A DNA stretch of 63,468 nt, filler included, from Octopus bimaculoides (GCF_001194135.2; 5 parts of 4 records of this genome joined end to end with filler, not necessarily neighbours in it), one strand, 5' to 3'; numbered from the whole stretch's first letter, positions 37,349 to 50,429 are shown. Made by a program: numbers and translations. Notes: a model not told the origin generated them from the sequence alone.

Positions 37349-39756
37349 CGTGTGTGTATGTATGTATATGTGTGTATGGCAACACTATATGTGAAAAAAT
37401 CATGTCAATCAAATAATCAAATAATTATCCAGTATTAATTGATAGCAATAAATCAAGACAATAAAGTAAAGCGAGTATTACATTTTTTAAGGCATTAACC
37501 AATAAATGAATGACAAAACGATAATCTTTACTTATTCAGGCAAAATGAAATTTGACAACTTAAATCTGATTCTAATGATCCATTTCGGCAAGTGTGAAAT
37601 AATTTCTTTTAAATGACAAAATTTCACATTCATAAATACATTCGCACATTCGTACGTTTGATACGTTCATACATTCGTAAATAGATATATTCGTACATAT
37701 ATACCTGAATAAATATATTCATACGTAAATGCTTACATGCACAGATATACTCACGAAAATTAAGAATAAAAATAAAAACAAAATAAATGAAATAAAATTG
37801 TCGACAACATATACAAATATACAGGCATACGCAAACCCACATACTCTGTAACTATTTATTTCTGGTGTTACGAATGTGATTAACGTCTGTCTCCTTAAAA
37901 ATTCAAAATTGAGGCAGTCATATCTACCTCGTTATGTTCGTCTACTTCACTCAATCATTCGTAAAACCAAAATCTCTTTTCTACAAAATTTCTCTCCAAG
38001 AAATACGACGACATTTGTTAACAAGAAAATGATTCTCATGTTTGGAAATCTTTATCCATAGATGACAGCAGGCATTTTTGAACGAAAAGTGTTGAACCAA
38101 TGAGAAATCCCCTTATGGTCACTGAACTCACAAAAAATCACTGGCTCTATCTCAGAAATAAAAGAGAGAAAAGACAGAAGACGAGTCCATACAACCTTCG
38201 AATGTTGTTTAGTATCACACAGACAGCATCTAATAAACGACTGTAGTAAAAATAGAAAAAAAAATCAACCAAATAACCAAAACTGAAGAGAATCCTAATG
38301 AAATCCTCACTTCCCAACAACTTTCCATGGGACTCCAGAATTACTGAACAAGCCGACATCAATAAGAGTAACGGAAGCTAGAAGTGAAACACTTTACATT
38401 CTCGCATAAAAAGAATAAAGAAAGGTTATGTATAGGTATCTTGTACGCTGGAGTTCGATGCTAATATTAACATGAAATGTAGAGTCTTTTGAACTCACAC
38501 ACGTTATGTCATCTCACATTTTGAAGGCCGTCTTTTTGCAATCCAAGAGCAAGAAATAGTTACAAAATACCTAATGCACAAAAGAAACTGCTAAGCGTTA
38601 CAAACCCGCGAGTTGCGACAATTTCCTTGAAGGACATTCAGTAATTGCCTCAAATGTCGTTAAGATACTACCTCTCATTATGACATTATATTATTGCTTA
38701 AACAATGTCAAGCGTAAAAATATATCCAGTACATAGATGCTTATAAACAGGGAATACTGGATGAATGTTTGCATCAAATCTTTCACCAAATGCAAACATG
38801 ACAAGGCTTCCTATAGTTGCTTGGTACAAAAAAGGATAATTAAGTACCGTCACAGAGATCAATTTCCTTGCAGATGTGAACATTTATTTCAAATTCGGTG
38901 AGAATGAAAATGTTTATAGAGAACTACCCCAAAACCTTCTACTTCTTAACCTAGATTGTAAATTCACATTTATACTGATTGATGCATTCAGAAATGTGGG
39001 ACTATTGTTTTGAGACAAGAAAATGACCAACTAATTGTAAATTAACTGGTCATTTTACTTTGTAAATGCAATATATAAGCTAAACAGTAAAAGTATGCAA
39101 GAATTTTCATCGTGTAACTTTTATCATTTTTGTTATTCAAATTCCATAGATGAAACTTTGCTTCGTGTTTAGAAACCTTTCTTAAAAGAGGAAGGATTAG
39201 AACTCCACACACAAATCAGAGCATATTTATTTGTTATTTATTAGTTGTAATGCTGCATGATTAACTCACATGCCTGCATGTCTCCCGTCCGGTTGTAAAC
39301 TCAGTATGCGCATATGTTTTTTACCTGTCGTTTTTTTTTATTTACAATACATTTTTTTTTTCATTTATTAAGTAACGGAACGCAACGCAACCTGACTTAA
39401 CAGTAAGTTTTATATATATANNNNNNNNNNNNNNNNNNNNNNNNNNNNNNNNNNNNNNNNNNNNNNNNNNNNNNNNNNNNNNNNNNNNNNNNNNNNNNNN
39501 NNNNNNNNNNNNNNNNNNNNNNNNNNNNNNNNNNNNNNNNNNNNNNNNNNNNNNNNNNNNNNNNNNNNNNNNNNNNNNNNNNNNNNNNNNNNNNNNNNNN
39601 NNNNNNNNNNNNNNNNNNNNNNNNNNNNNNNNNNNNNNNNNNNNNNNNNNNNNNNNNNNNNNNNNNNNNNNNNNNNNNNNNNNNNNNNNNNNNNNNNNNN
39701 NNNNNNNNNNNNNNNNNNNNNNNNNNNNNNNNNNNNNNNNNNNNNNNNNNNNNNTA

Positions 39757-39788
<32 letters not shown>

Positions 39789-40415
39789 GTCCCATACAAC
39801 TTCTGTCTTGTGTTCATATGCACCCGTGTACATCCATTACACACACGCTTGCGCGTGCGCACACTATATGTATGTGTGTGTGTGTGTGTATTTACACAAG
39901 TATATATAAGAGTAAGTTAAGTGCGTTAAGTACTATTGCATCAGAGAGAATGAAAGAAAGAGGGGGAGCTAGAAAGAGAGAGAGAGAATGAGAGAGTGAG
40001 TGAGAGAGAGGTGGGGGGAGAGAATTCAATTCAGTTCAATTGTTGAGTAAGTTTTAATGTGAATATTGGATGGCTATCTATGTTAATGTGCGTGTAAGAA
40101 AAAATTTTTTTTAATTACCCCGAGATACAACCGTGCTTGTATTTGCGTGTATATGCGCAAATATTTACAACAGCGACAGACAAAACTGTGTGATAGACTC
40201 ACAATATTTGTTGCCGTTTCTTTTTGTTTTGTTTTAGCTGATTTTTATTTTCATTTCTATTATTATTATTATTTTGTTCTCTGCACATCCTTCGTTCGTT
40301 GTACTCATCACAAATCAAAACATACTTGACTTTATTTGCTCGAGTCGTAAATAGTACTATAAATTTAATGATGAACTTTTCTCTTGTTTTCTTGTTGGTG
40401 CCAGTTTAGATTTTT

Positions 40416-40500
40416 CTTCCCGCCTTTGTAAATTAGTATAAACACAAAAACTTCCTCTTACATGTGTACATAGCTGGCACTGTTGCACTTCCGGTCCTAG
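40416..40500 (-). promoter_or_regulatory. Candidate promoter / short first exon
   Basis: Second exact CACTTCCGGT (40486-40495) near TTCCCGCC; minus strand reads ACCGGAAGTG...ctATGTACACAT|GTAAGA. Confidence 0.25.
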
Positions 40501-40697
40501 TTCAGTTAGCACCTATCTAAATAGAACTATGTTCGTACAGAATACACTTTCTCCTAAACTGCACGTGTTTAGAATTACATTTTCTGCTGTTTTTATTATC
40601 GATGTTCTTGCTCTTGTTGTAGATCTTATTTTTATTTTGTTTTATATTTTTGTAGGTAACTTGTCACAGTCGTTGTTGAATTTGAAATTGGTGTTTT

Positions 40698-40728
<31 letters not shown>

Positions 40729-41491
40729 GGTATGTGTGTGTGTGTAAATACATTATATATNNNNNNNNNNNNNNNNNNNNNNNNNNNNNNNNNNNNNNNN
40801 NNNNNNNNNNNNNNNNNNNNNNNNNNNNNNNNNNNNNNNNNNNNNNNNNNNNNNNNNNNNNNNNNNNNNNNNNNNNNNNNNNNNNNNNNNNNNNNNNNNN
40901 NNNNNNNNNNNNNNNNNNNNNNNNNNNNNNNNNNNNNNNNNNNNNNNNNNNNNNNNNNNNNNNNNNNNNNNNNNNNNNNNNNNNNNNNNNNNNNNNNNNN
41001 NNNNNNNNNNNNNNNNNNNNNNNNNNNNNNNNNNNNNNNNNNNNNNNNNNNNNNNNNNNNNNNNNNNNNNNNNNNNNNNNNNNNNNNNNNNNNNNNNNNN
41101 NNNNNNNNNNNNNNNNNNNNNNNNNNNNNNNNNNNNNNNNNNNNNNNNNNNNNNNNNNNNNNNNNNNNNNNNNNNNNNNNNNNNNNNNNNNNNNNNNNNN
41201 NNNNNNNNNNNNNNNNNNNNNNNNNNNNNNNNNNNNNNNNNNNNNNNNNNNNNNNNNNNNNNNNNNNNNNNNNNNNNNNNNNNNNNNNNNNNNNNNNNNN
41301 NNNNNNNNNNNNNNNNNNNNNNNNNNNNNNNNNNNNNNNNNNNNNNNNNNNNNNNNNNNNNNNNNNNNNNNNNNNNNNNNNNNNNNNNNNNNNNNNNNNN
41401 NNNNNNNNNNNNNNNNNNNNNNNNNNNNNNNNNNNNNNNNNNNNNNNNNNNNNNNNNNNNNNNNNNNNNNNNNNNNNNNNNNNNNNNNNTA

Positions 41492-41705
41492 TTAATGTGT
41501 GTGTGTGTGTATGTTTGTGTGTCTGTGTTTGTCTCCCCAACATCGCTTGACAACCGATGCTGGTGTGTTAACGTAGCGGTTCAGCAAAAGAAATCGATAG
41601 AATAAGTACTAGGCTTACAAAGAATAAGTCCTGGGGTCGATTTGCTCGACTAAAGGTGGTGCCCCAGCATGGCCACAGTTAAATGACCGAAATAAGTAAA
41701 AGAGT
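41492..41705 (+). mobile_element. SINE family A, 3' half (5' half in gap)
   Basis: Tail match begins at the gap edge. Confidence 0.85.
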
Positions 41706-41924
41706 AAGTAAAAAGTGCCATCAAAAGAAAACAGAATAAAATCAAATTTCACTCTATTTAATTGCATCATTCTCTCAATTGTGTATTTTTTTCCTGCACC
41801 CTTGGATTTGTAAGGCAGGTTTATCTGGTTCCCATGATGTACAAGTGTACGACATCACAGCAATTCTCCTTCAACGAGACGCCGGTTGTTGCAGGTTTCA
41901 AGGCCAACAATGTTTTGACGAAAG

Positions 41925-42100
41925 GAAGGAAGTCGATTACATTGAGTCTATTATTTGAATGGTAATTTATATTATCGACTTCTTGGGGATTGAAAGGAAA
42001 ATTTAACCTCGGTGTGATTTGAACTCAAAACGTAAAAAGCCGGAAGAAATGCTGCTAAGCAGTTTATTGGATGTGTTAACGATTCTACTAGCTCCCGCTT
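41925..42100 (-). mobile_element. SINE family B, diverged
   Basis: gtcgattacattga...gaaagg...ttgaactcaaaacgtaa...gctaagc motif series. Confidence 0.7.
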
Positions 42101-42669
42101 TATTGAATGTTATAAGCTAATAAATATTCAATAATTTGATCTCGTGACCTAAAAAGTTGATTTGTATTCCTCGTGGCGTAGAAATTCCTTTCTCAATCAA
42201 ATTTCTCGGGTTTAATACAAGTGCGCAACATCATTGGCGTGTTTCTCCTAATCTACTCACGAGTTTACCCATTAATAGAAACTACACAGAAGCCTGTTGG
42301 TTATTTGCGGTATAGATTTAATTCATCACCCGGTTTATCATTCCAATTTGATCCTTTAATGCCGTCCCCACTGCTGCCTGCATTTGGATCTTAAGGATAT
42401 CTGGCTTGAGGATAGCTAAATCAACCCCGACCCCTTTCTCGCATTTTTCCGGACACTCTTTAAAAACGTCATTTGCACAACTTTTTTTCTCTGATTATGT
42501 CATGAAAAAATACGGAGTTTAGATCTTTTGATATTTATTAGTTAATTCCACTTGACAAAACATTTACAATAAAACTTTACTCTTGCTTTTGTTTGTCATA
42601 TCGCAGTAAATCCGACAGTACATCTAAGACAATAAAAATAATATATAAATATATACATATATACATACA

Positions 42670-43016
42670 GGCGCAGGAGTGGCTGTGTGGTAAGTAGCTT
42701 GCTTACCAACCACATAATTCCGGGTTCAGTCCCACTGCGTGGCACCTAGGGCAAGTGTCTTCTACTATAGCCTCGGGCCGACCAAAGCCTTGTGAGTGGA
42801 TTTGGTAGACGGAAACTGAAAGAAGCCCGTCGTATATGTGTATATATATATGTATGTGTGTATATGTATATATATGTATATATATATATGTATGTGTGTC
42901 TGTGTTTGTCCCCCCACCATCGCTTGACAGCCGATGCTGGTGTGTTTACGTCCCCGTAACTTAGCAGTTCGGCAAAAAGAGACCGATATAATAAGTACTA
43001 GGCTTCCAAAGAATAA
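42670..43016 (+). mobile_element. SINE family A (3' end in gap)
   Basis: Near-consensus head and body. Confidence 0.9.
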
Positions 43017-43448
43017 NNNNNNNNNNNNNNNNNNNNNNNNNNNNNNNNNNNNNNNNNNNNNNNNNNNNNNNNNNNNNNNNNNNNNNNNNNNNNNNNNNNN
43101 NNNNNNNNNNNNNNNNNNNNNNNNNNNNNNNNNNNNNNNNNNNNNNNNNNNNNNNNNNNNNNNNNNNNNNNNNNNNNNNNNNNNNNNNNNNNNNNNNNNN
43201 NNNNNNNNNNNNNNNNNNNNNNNNNNNNNNNNNNNNNNNNNNNNNNNNNNNNNNNNNNNNNNNNNNNNNNNNNNNNNNNNNNNNNNNNNNNNNNNNNNNN
43301 NNNNNNNNNNNNNNNNNNNNNNNNNNNNNNNNNNNNNNNNNNNNNNNNNNNNNNNNNNNNNNNNNNNNNNNNNNNNNNNNNNNNNNNNNNNNNNNNNNNN
43401 NNNNNNNNNNNNNNNNNNNNNNNNNNNNNNNNNNNNNNNNNNNNNNNN

Positions 43449-43479
<31 letters not shown>

Positions 43480-45912
43480 TGTATGTGTATATATGTATGT
43501 GTGTGTGTTTGTTTGTTGGTGTGTGTGTGTGTGTGGGTGGGTGTATTTATATTGTCGCTTATATTTATTTATTTAAGTGGTTGTGTAATTTTAGAAAGAT
43601 TTAACTGCTATATCCAGCAGGACAAACAACCACGTAGAAACTATTCTTTTTGATCAGTCTGTTGTTAATTATTCTCATGCTAGCGATGACCGATCAGACG
43701 TATGATAAAAAATGTTTCGGTCCTGACCATCTTATGTTTTTTTTTTCCTTTTTTATCGTCACATATAGCTTATTTGGGATCATATTGTTAAATATGTTCA
43801 GTTTCAGAAGACTAGGATGTATTTTGAAGAGGATTTAGCCGACCATTCCTGACCGGCTGAGTGACTACACAGGTGTCTCCTTGTTTTAGAGTACTTAGAG
43901 GTAGATTTGATTGTCAATTGTAGGTGGACCAGGTTTCTTATAATTTACCTGTAATACATCGAAGGTCCAACGATGTTGATCAACGACCACGTTACCATAG
44001 AATAATTACAATGCACACGACATATGGTAAGCATATTTTCTCTTAGTGAGCAATCGAGTAGGGCTCAACGTACACTATCAATCGATTTCTCTGTCTGAAT
44101 ACTTTCATGTAAACCAGTCTTGTCAATTTATTCCATCACACATATGTCTCCTCTGCAAAATTGATTGATATTACTGGACAAAGATACGATATATGTATAT
44201 AATATATATANNNNNNNNNNNNNNNNNNNNNNNNNNNNNNNNNNNNNNNNNNNNNNNNNNNNNNNNNNNNNNNNNNNNNNNNNNNNNNNNNNNNNNNNNN
44301 NNNNNNNNNNNNNNNNNNNNNNNNNNNNNNNNNNNNNNNNNNNNNNNNNNNNNNNNNNNNNNNNNNNNNNNNNNNNNNNNNNNNNNNNNNNNNNNNNNNN
44401 NNNNNNNNNNNNNNNNNNNNNNNNNNNNNNNNNNNNNNNNNNNNNNNNNNNNNNNNNNNNNNNNNNNNNNNNNNNNNNNNNNNNNNNNNNNNNNNNNNNN
44501 NNNNNNNNNNNNNNNNNNNNNNNNNNNNNNNNNNNNNNNNNNNNNNNNNNNNNNNNNNNNNNNNNNNNNNNNNNNNNNNNNNNNNNNNNNNNNNNNNNNN
44601 NNNNNNNNNNNNNNNNNNNNNNNNNNNNNNNNNNNNNNNNNNNNNNNNNNNNNNNNNNNNNNNNNNNNNNNNNNNNNNNNNNNNNNNNNNNNNNNNNNNN
44701 NNNNNNNNNNNNNNNNNNNNNNNNNNNNNNNNNNNNNNNNNNNNNNNNNNNNNNNNNNNNNNNNNNNNNNNNNNNNNNNNNNNNNNNNNNNNNNNNNNNN
44801 NNNNNNNNNNNNNNNNNNNNNNNNNNNNNNNNNNNNNNNNNNNNNNNNNNNNNNNNNNNNNNNNNNNNNNNNNNNNNNNNNNNNNNNNNNNNNNNNNNNN
44901 NNNNNNNNNNNNNNNNNNNNNNNNNNNNNNNNNNNNNNNNNNNNNNNNNNNNNNNNNNNNNNNNNNNNTATAAATTCATTTGGTACTTATTGTTGGTTGA
45001 TATATATATTTAATTATTATAATTATTGTTCTATTTACGACCTGAAGATTAGCTGTATTTTTGAATAGAATTTATTTTCGATAATTTTAATTGATTTTAA
45101 TCGATTTAAATTTCCTTTCTATTTGAAAATTAGTTATAAAACACGTGTAGTCATTTTACTATCTTTATCTTATGATATTTACTTTGTTTTATATTATACT
45201 CATTTATTGTGCTTATAATTATTAATTTTTCTATATGTGATAGTGGATTTTCATCGATGAGTTCTTGAAACTTGGTTCTTTTCCCTAAAACTATATATAT
45301 ATATGTGTGCATGATAAACGACTCAGTATTCGGCGCTCTAGCAATATATCGAGATTAAGTCGGACATAAAGATTACTTTTGGATCATCTCAGTATTGTCT
45401 TAGAATTTAATTTACCGTCTGCAAACGAGCTTTGGGTATAATTGTTGACGTCACTTGCATTATTGCTGCTGATGCTTTACAGTTGAAACCCAATTCAACA
45501 AACCTATAATCAAAGGTATTCCAATCTTGAATATGTGGATTTTGTTTTTAATACATAGTGTATCTAAGGGGTTGCATTATCATTTTGTTTTAGGAATATA
45601 CAGGGAGATTTGAGATAATTAAATTCGAATGCTATTTCTAGCAGGAAAGATGATCATGAAGAGGCTCTCACACTGGTTCTTTTTATTATGATATTGTTTA
45701 GCTTTAGGTTATCTCTCATCAAACATACTCATAATCAAAAGTGTTTCAGCATTGGCCGTCCAATGTTTTACGAGTGCTATGGAATCTTTTTTCAAAGGAC
45801 CCTTCTTTAGATTGAGGTAGAGTGACTTTGAAGGATATCTAGCTAATATTTTCAGCACTGCGTAAGAGGCCCTGTTGTCATTACATTTGTTGTTTTATTA
45901 ATTTCATATCGT

Positions 45913-46161
45913 TAAAGTAGTCTAGCTTTTATTATCGTAGTTATCTCCTCCTAGTACTATTTCCGTTTACATTCGTAATAATTTTGTTTGCTTTGTGAGC
46001 AAACGGCGAATTAAGTACAAATAATCTCATCTAGAGTGAAGATATTCTCAGAAAAAAAAATAAGAGAGAAGCATAATAAATATATAAAAGAAAATGTTTC
46101 TTTTACTTACTGGACAAGTTACAAGTCCACCAGAAAACAACAAAAATTTTGAAATAAATAT
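45913..46161. repeat. Copy 1 of a near-identical ~250 bp direct duplication
   Basis: taaagtagtctagcttttatt...gaaataaatat; matches 47181-47435 except for A-run length and a few substitutions near the right end. Confidence 0.95.
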
Positions 46162-46580
46162 CAAGATCAACACTGATCGGCTATACTTATGATCAAATGC
46201 ATTCTAGCCATGACCATCCTGTCAATGCAGTATATTACTGCAGGGCTTGATTAAGACCCTTTTAACGGACCCTAAGCACTTAAAAGATTCTGGTGCCCCG
46301 ATATATATGTAATTCAAAATATAAACAGTAATAAACCATAATTTTTTTTTTTTTCAAAACGAAACAAAGCTACAAGTAAGATGGAAAATAATGTTTATTT
46401 TTGTATACTTCCACTTTATTTATATTTTTCTCCTACATTTTTAATTGCAAAGTCTTTGATTCAATTCTCATTACATGACACCATGAACATTTTGAAATTA
46501 TGTTTCCGATCATATAAACCACTTCGAATATTATTTTAGCAAGTTGAAAATGATTTCTTTTCTGCCGGAAAATATTTATC

Positions 46581-46819
46581 ATTTCTTATTTCTTGATTAC
46601 CCACAAGGGGCTAAACATAGAGGGGACAGACAAGGAGAGACAAAGGGCTTAAGTCGATTACATCGACCCCAGGGCGTTACTGGTACTTAGTTAATCGACC
46701 CCGAAAGGATGAAAGGCTAAGTCGACCTCGGCGGAATTTGAACTCAGAACGTAACGGCAGACGAAATACCGCTGAGCATTTCGCCCGACGTGCTAACTTT
46801 TCTGCCAGCTCACCGCCTT
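46581..46819 (-). mobile_element. SINE family B, young copy
   Basis: Close-to-consensus reverse complement copy. Confidence 0.9.
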
Positions 46820-46944
46820 TTATTTAACATTTCTGTGGTTCTCACTTTCCCGTGATGCCCTAAGCACATGCTTATTTTGCTTAATGGATAATCCAGCGCT
46901 GACTATTATTTATAACAATACCCTGTTATTATTTACACTTTTGG

Positions 46945-47165
46945 TTAAGTTGATGAGCTGGCAGAATTTTTAGCTCATCGGGCAAAATGCTTGGCGGTAT
47001 TTCGTCCATTTTTACGTTCTGAGTTCAAACTATGCCGAAGTTATCTTTGCTTTTCATCCTTTCAAAATCGATACAATAAGTACCAGTTAAGGAATGGGGT
47101 CGATGCAATCGACAAATCCCCTTCCCTAAAATTTCGAGCCTTGTTCCTATAATTGAAAGAATTAT
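46945..47165 (+). mobile_element. SINE family B
   Basis: gatgagctggcagaa...ttcatcctttc...aataagtacc. Confidence 0.85.
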
Positions 47166-47180
47166 AATATACACCTTTGG

Positions 47181-47435
47181 TAAAGTAGTCTAGCTTTTAT
47201 TATCGTAGTTATCTCCTCCTAGTACTATTTCCGTTTACATTCGTAATAATTTTGTTTGCTTTGTGAGCAAACGGCGAATTAAGTACAAATAATCTCATCT
47301 AGAGTGAAGATATTCTCAGAAAAAAAAAAAAAATAAGAGAGAAGCATAATAAATATATAAAAGAAAATGTTCCTTCTACTTACCGGACAAGTTACAAGTC
47401 CACCACAAAAACAACAAAAAGTTTGAAATAAATAT
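47181..47435. repeat. Copy 2 of the ~250 bp direct duplication
   Basis: See 45913-46161. Confidence 0.95.
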
Positions 47436-47500
47436 TTTCCTCCAACGTTTGCAGAAAACTGCTCAGTACGTCTGACTAATTCTAGCCGCCATTGCGACGG
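47384..47500 (-). promoter_or_regulatory. Candidate first (5'UTR) exon of a leftward gene, with YY1-like ATGGCGGC and a strong donor
   Basis: Minus strand gcaATGGCGGCtag (47492-47485) ... TTGTCCG|GTAAGT (donor 47383-47378); locally CpG-rich; the ATG opens only MAARISQTY*. Confidence 0.4.
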
Positions 47501-48104
47501 CGAAATGATTATGAAAAATATCAATAATATCCGGCAAAAATGAAATAAATAAATAATAAATAAAAATCCCCTACTTAACTAACCCCTATGTATTCATAGC
47601 TGTTTTGTACTTGCACCCCATCATCTTATCACCCTATGTCAAACTCCTTACACCCCCATCTCCTTTCCTACATTTCTGTACATCAATGTTTTGTTTTCTC
47701 GCACGACACTTGTTTCTTTATTTGCCTAATTTTCGCTTAGATTTTGTTCCCTTATTATCGCTGTTAGTCTTGAATATAACTATAACTAACTTCTTCGTCA
47801 AGCTCATAATAATGATATACATAGTCACCACTGTCACAGTCACCACCATAATCACTACCACAAGCATCATCACCACCATCATCAGCATCACCGTTGTCAT
47901 CGTCGTCATTGTCATCATCATCATCATCATCATGGTACTGTATCAGAAGCTGATAATATTTGTAACCATGCTATAACTTATTTTAAACGCAGTAAAACTA
48001 GTTACGTACTGAACTGCACCCCGCCGCTCGCATTTGAATAGTTAAAAAGCTATAAGCTGTTACACGAACACTGAGTTGAGTGCAAGCTCTAAGAAGCTTT
48101 AAGA

Positions 48105-48363
48105 GAGTAGTTCTCAACCATTTTATGCTTATGGATCCCTTTGATTTCTATTTCACTCTACTGGATTCTCATGTTAAAAAAAATCATTTATTTTTATCAG
48201 TAGGTGCAGGACTGGCTGTGTGGTAAGTAGCTTGCTTACCATCCACATGGTTCCGGGTTCAGTCCCACTGCGTGGCACCTTGGGCAAGGGTCTTCTATTA
48301 TAGCCTCGGGCCGACCAAATCCTTGTGAGTGGATTTGGTAGACGGAAACTGAAAGAAGCCCGT

Positions 48364-48405
<42 letters not shown>

Positions 48406-48761
48406 CATATGTTTGTGCATCTGTGTTTGTCCCCCCAACATCGCTTGACAACCGATGCTGGTGTGTTTAGGTCCCCGTAACTTAGCGGTTAGGCAAAAGC
48501 AACCGATAGAATAAGTACTAGGCTTATATACAAAGAATAAGTCCTGGGGTCGATTTGCTCGACTAAAGGCGGTGCTCTAGCATGGCCGCAGTCAAATGAC
48601 TGAAACAAGTAAAAAGAGTAAACATTATTAGGAATTTTATTTAAAAATCATTAAAACATTTTGTGTATTTTAGAAGTGCAACGAATTCATTGCTCATAAA
48701 CTTTAGTAACAGAATCTTATGTGGACACCCAAGGATCATTGACCTCAGTTGAGAATCACGT
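48105..48761. mobile_element. hAT-type MITE (family of 18128) interrupted by SINE A
   Basis: Decayed TIRs gagtagttctcaacc / agttgagaatcacgt; flanks CTTTAAGA / CTTTAAGT (7/8). Confidence 0.65.
48203..48622 (+). mobile_element. SINE family A nested in the hAT MITE
   Basis: Near-consensus full-length copy. Confidence 0.9.
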
Positions 48762-49232
48762 CTTTAAGTGAATAAAAGTGATTATGTAACTCCTGTTCTG
48801 CTGTCGTTCATGAATTGATATTACGTTCTCTACTCACCTGATGTCTTAAAGCATCAGTACACAGAGTTCTAACAAATGGTTATTACTATTGCTATGCCTA
48901 AGCTTCTCATGCTGCTGAACACGTTTCTGGGTTAATTTACCGATCGACGCGGGGCTGAGGTAGTTAAATTTCCTTATTCAGCCTGTTAAAAATACCAGCC
49001 ATATGCCCCTGAAATCAACCCTGTCTAAAAAGGAAGTGACATTATGAAATAATATCATTCTGGATAGCTCCCCACCATCTATGAAAACTGGATGGTCATA
49101 GCTGAGACGCTGTTTGGTAATAAGTGTTCTTGATCTATGTTGACCTGGGGCTAAAACCCAATAAGAAATAGGTGTTTAAAATTTTTCTCTGCTTCTTACC
49201 TGTATTATTTTTTACGTAGCTTGCAAAATCAT

Positions 49233-49450
49233 TAAGGCGGCCGACTAAATACTTAGCAGCATTTCTTACGACCCTTTGGATTCTGAGTTCAAATTCCATC
49301 GAGATCGACTTTACATTTCATCCTTTCGCGTTCGATAAAAGAAATAAAATAAAATAAATGAAGAACTAGGGTCGAGTTAATCGATTCATTCCCTCACTAA
49401 ATTTGCTGGCCTTGTACTAAAATTTGCTGGCCTTGTACTAAAATTACAAA
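49233..49450 (+). mobile_element. SINE family B with a 21 bp tandem duplication in the tail
   Basis: aaatttgctggccttgtacta repeated twice at ~49400-49445. Confidence 0.75.
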
Positions 49451-49937
49451 CCTCACAGTTAATACGCCAGGGAATCAATAAATGGCAACATAGGCTATTA
49501 ATAATTTTTTTTATCTGAAATGAAAAATGTATGTTAGCTGATTGGCAAATTTGGTCAGACTGTACTGCCCTGATGAGATGATATAGAACGAAATATTTTC
49601 ATAGATGTTTCGAACTTGCAAACAAAAATGAAACTTGCTTTCTCTTGAGCATGGAATTTAACTTTGAGATATTTCCAATTCTTTACAATATTATTTGTAA
49701 TTTAATTCGTCGTTTGCTCATAAACTCAAGAAAATATAATTCATAATACTGAGTACATTGATTTATATCTCTTAGCTCATGAATTCATTTATAAACGTTT
49801 CCATATAATAAGCAAGCAACACAAATGTTTTCGATGTTTGCATTGTAAATAGAATTAACGCCAAGCAAATGAACACATAAGTTTTGAATGTAAACGATAT
49901 TAAAAATTAAAAAATGAGCAGACATAGGTGTGTGGCA

Positions 49938-50348
49938 GGTGCCGGAGTGACTGTGTGGTAAGTAGCTTGCTTACCAGACACATGGTTCCGGGTTCAGTCC
50001 CACTGCGTGACACCTTGGGCAAGTGTATCCTACTATTGCCTCGGGTTGAACAAAGCTTTGTGAGTGGATTTGGTAGACGGAAACTGAAAGAAGCCCGTCG
50101 TATATATATATTTATATGTATTTATGTATGAATATATGTTTGTGTGTCTGTGTTTATCCCCCCACCAGCATCGTTTGACAACCAATGCTGTTGTGTTTAC
50201 GTCCCCGTAACTTAGCGGTTCGGCAAAATCAACTGATAGAATAAGCACTAGGCTTACAAAAAATAAGTCCTGGGGTCGATTTGCTCGACTAAAGGCGGTG
50301 CTCCAGCATGGTCGCAGCCAAATGATTGAAACAAGAATAAAAGAATAA
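49938..50348 (+). mobile_element. SINE family A
   Basis: Full-length match. Confidence 0.9.
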
Positions 50349-50429
50349 ACGTTATATATATTCCGAGATTCAGTTCGGCGAAATCGTGTGGTATTCATAT
50401 AAATATATATATATATGTATATATATATA

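Noticed and set aside
46241-46901. Possible additional hAT-like MITE (cagggcttgatta / taatccagcgctg ends)
   Set aside because: TIRs match 11/13 but there is no TSD and the interior is disrupted; too weak to list as a feature.
45913-47435. LTR retrotransposon interpretation of the direct repeats
   Set aside because: No TG...CA termini, PBS, PPT or TSD, and the interior consists of unrelated SINE/MITE pieces.
47605-47976. 123 aa hydrophobic, Thr/Ile-rich ORF
   Set aside because: Derived from a degenerate CAT/CAC trinucleotide tract; no domain or convincing splice structure.
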